Below are positions 32,501 to 34,786 of a DNA stretch of 34,786 nt, piece after piece. Below the pieces are notes generated by a model, which saw only the letters and a list, made by a program, of their open reading frames with translations, was not told the DNA's origin and searched no databases. The position numbers were made by a program, and so were the translations under genes. Positions within the stretch are counted from its first letter, which is position 1; each line of letters begins with the position of its first letter. Source of the DNA: a virus (Duplodnaviria; Caudoviricetes); IMG/VR virus record IMGVR_UViG_3300008009_000023, positions 1 to 34,786 of that record, one strand, 5' to 3'.

Positions 32501-34786
32501 TTATCGCATGGCTTCCCAAACCTGCTTCATGCCGTACCAGTTCATAAAGAACATGGCCCGTGCGTTCTGCATGTCGTTGTAGTCGCCATCGCCACTCAGC
32601 ATCCCGGCAATCGAACCGGGAGCTTGCATCAACTTCTGCGTCTGCTCAAACACCGGAGTGTCGAGGTAGGACGTGTACCGCCCATACGGGCTGAAGTTCA
32701 GGTCATCGAACCCGAGCATGGTTGTGATAGGATCAACAACCATAGGAGCCACACCAAGAGTTGCGCTGTACGCGACGGCAAGCCGTGCACGATCTGTTGC
32801 GCTCATCTCCTGACCCTGTACCGTCTGGCCGAGTGTCAGCACTGCGTAGGCGAAGCCAAGCTGCCAAGTAGCAGCATGCAGGAAGTGCTGGCGACCGCCG
32901 ATCATCAGGTTGCGAGCCGTCTGCTTCTGCACTGCCGTCAACGCGAACGTCTTGAGCGAGGTCAGTAGCTTACCGATGTCCGAGTTCATCCACACGGAAG
33001 TCTCGCCAACGAAGCCACGCTGAACCTGCTGGTGAACCGCGCGGAATACCGCTGCACCGAACTCATTCGCGAGTTCAGCCGCTTGTTCCTCTCCCATGTG
33101 AGCAGCCCACTGCGACGGGTTCAGCTTGACATTCCCACCGTTCACTTCGATCACCCCGGAGCGGATCAGGTCCGCAATGTCCGAGATTTGGGAAGGCTCA
33201 AGGCCGATGTCCCGAAGCATACGGTTCGTCAGGTTCGTCTCCTGACCAGCAAGTGCCCGCATCACGTTCGTCGTCACAGCAGCGGCGGAAACCATCTGCT
33301 GCGCCGCTGTGACATGGATTTGTCCGCTGGCGTAGTTCGTTGCCCGCTCCACACTGTTGAGTGCGGACTGGCCCATCTGCATGTACACGTTATTCGCGAG
33401 TTCCGTTTCATCAATCGAGAGATGCGGACGGAACAGCATGTGGTCCTGCCCGACGATGACGCCGAGGCTTTGCAGTTCGTCGTACAGGTTCTTGTACTCA
33501 GCTTTGGTCATGGCACCGGGTCTGTTCCAACCCAGCCGAGCCATCACTGGCTCCATGACGTTCTGCACACCGTTCGCCACGAACAGGTTCGCGGTGTCCA
33601 TAAGCTGCGTCAGACCCGCCCTCTGAAGAAGGCTGGCCCGAGTTGCCTTGGTGAGCATGGAAGTCAACGGGCTGACACCAGAGGTCTCGCGACCCATGAT
33701 GAAGCCCTTGTGCACGCCTCCCGTGAACTGGCTGAAGATCGCGTCGAGTTGGCCACGCTCAAGTCCCTGCTCGCGCAACGCGCTCTGCTCGAACATGATG
33801 GTGTCCTTCAGGGCTTCAAGGTCTGCTTTGTCACGGATGCCCTTGTTTGCCAACGCAGCAGCGCCAGCCGCGTCTCCAACGTACTTATGAAGGCTTATCT
33901 CTATGTCGTCTGACAGTAGATCAACAAGCTTCAAGTTCGTACCGGGGATTGTGGTACGCATGTCCACGTCAGTCCTGCGACGAAGGTAGCCTTTCTTTGC
34001 ACGTTCCTGAGTGTTCACGTCGAGCCGACGCATGATGCTTTCCACATCCGCACGGCTGAGACCGGACTGTTCCAGAACTGCCTCGATACCGCTGCGGCTG
34101 TCGATGTCCAGCAGTCGGCTGTCAGCCGCCCCGACACCAAGCCCGCGATCCGAGAACCGGCGCACGATGGCCTTCGCCAGTCGAGTTGCCAAGTCCGCAT
34201 CCAGTCCAGAGCCTCGCATGTACCCATCGCGGAACGCGCGGATCATGTTTTCCTCTCCGACCTGCTGGCGAACCCGCAGGAAGTTTCGAGGCTCCCAATC
34301 GTACCGGAAATAGCCGGGACGGTGGTCGATGTCGCGTGCACCGCGCACTGAACGATCTTCTTCGAGACCCTTCATCCTGTCGAGGATTTCCATGTGGGTC
34401 TTGTCGATGCTGCCGATCAGGTCTTTGAACTCCGGGGCCGCTCTGCCCGTCATGTAGTAGTCGTGCATAGCAAGTCGCAGGTCGCGACTGAACTGCCGAT
34501 GGCTCTCCACCCGAACAGGGTTCAGGCCCTTCTGACGGAAATACGCCGACCGCTGTTCCACGAGGGCCGCAGCCGAGTGCACCATAGCGGAACCGTGGTA
34601 CATCTCCTTCATCACGGCGGCAGTTGAGCCACGCCGAACAAGCCCGCTCGCGCTCTCAAGGATTTCTGCTGACACGAAGTTTGCACTTGGAGACTGGCTA
34701 TGAACAAGGCTTGTGAAGTCCCGCTGACCTAGTGTGAACACTGTGCCAGCAATTTGCCCGAGGTTGACAGTGCGATTGGTGAACGG
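32501..34786 (-). CDS. Large internal virion (ejection) protein, C-terminal part (T7 gp16-like position); open at the window end
   Basis: More than 760 codons, helical; frame stays open to base 34786; immediately upstream of the tail fibre gene. Confidence 0.8.
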   Translation of the reverse strand, partial: PFTNRTVNLGQIAGTVFTLGQRDFTSLVHSQSPSANFVSAEILESASGLVRRGSTAAVMKEMYHGSAMVHSAAALVEQRSAYFRQKGLNPVRVESHRQFSRDLRLAMHDYYMTGRAAPEFKDLIGSIDKTHMEILDRMKGLEEDRSVRGARDIDHRPGYFRYDWEPRNFLRVRQQVGEENMIRAFRDGYMRGSGLDADLATRLAKAIVRRFSDRGLGVGAADSRLLDIDSRSGIEAVLEQSGLSRADVESIMRRLDVNTQERAKKGYLRRRTDVDMRTTIPGTNLKLVDLLSDDIEISLHKYVGDAAGAAALANKGIRDKADLEALKDTIMFEQSALREQGLERGQLDAIFSQFTGGVHKGFIMGRETSGVSPLTSMLTKATRASLLQRAGLTQLMDTANLFVANGVQNVMEPVMARLGWNRPGAMTKAEYKNLYDELQSLGVIVGQDHMLFRPHLSIDETELANNVYMQMGQSALNSVERATNYASGQIHVTAAQQMVSAAAVTTNVMRALAGQETNLTNRMLRDIGLEPSQISDIADLIRSGVIEVNGGNVKLNPSQWAAHMGEEQAAELANEFGAAVFRAVHQQVQRGFVGETSVWMNSDIGKLLTSLKTFALTAVQKQTARNLMIGGRQHFLHAATWQLGFAYAVLTLGQTVQGQEMSATDRARLAVAYSATLGVAPMVVDPITTMLGFDDLNFSPYGRYTSYLDTPVFEQTQKLMQAPGSIAGMLSGDGDYNDMQNARAMFFMNWYGMKQVWEAMR

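Noticed and set aside
359-33913. Many long plus-strand ORFs (e.g. 359-1777, 7083-8435, 25239-26759, 29443-30618)
   Set aside because: Antisense shadows of GC-rich minus-strand genes; no recognisable motifs, and each overlaps clear phage genes

Overview
About 35 kb of a lytic T7-supergroup podovirus (Autographiviridae-type). It has the phiKMV/SP6-like layout, with the single-subunit RNA polymerase at the end of the replication block. All real genes lie on the minus strand. The assembly is circularly permuted, and the genome-end/control region appears at about 23.4-24.56 kb. Reading from there toward lower coordinates: host-type promoters, small early genes with structured intergenic RNAs, primase, helicase, a nucleotide/DNA-processing island (HhH glycosylase-like protein, T5 A1-like metallophosphoesterase, nucleoside 2-deoxyribosyltransferase-fold protein, HD nucleotidase, dNMP kinase), ligase, PolA, exonuclease, endonuclease VII, RNAP, portal, scaffold and the start of the major capsid gene. 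From the top of the window: internal virion protein, a short gp17-like tail adaptor, a stand-alone GTA TIM-barrel protein, terminases and a lysis cassette. A 17-bp phage promoter core (TTCCACACATATAGACA) occurs three times. GTA-type genes and scarce GANTC sites point to an alphaproteobacterial host, probably Rhodobacteraceae (inference). All family assignments come from motif recognition by eye; no searches were run.
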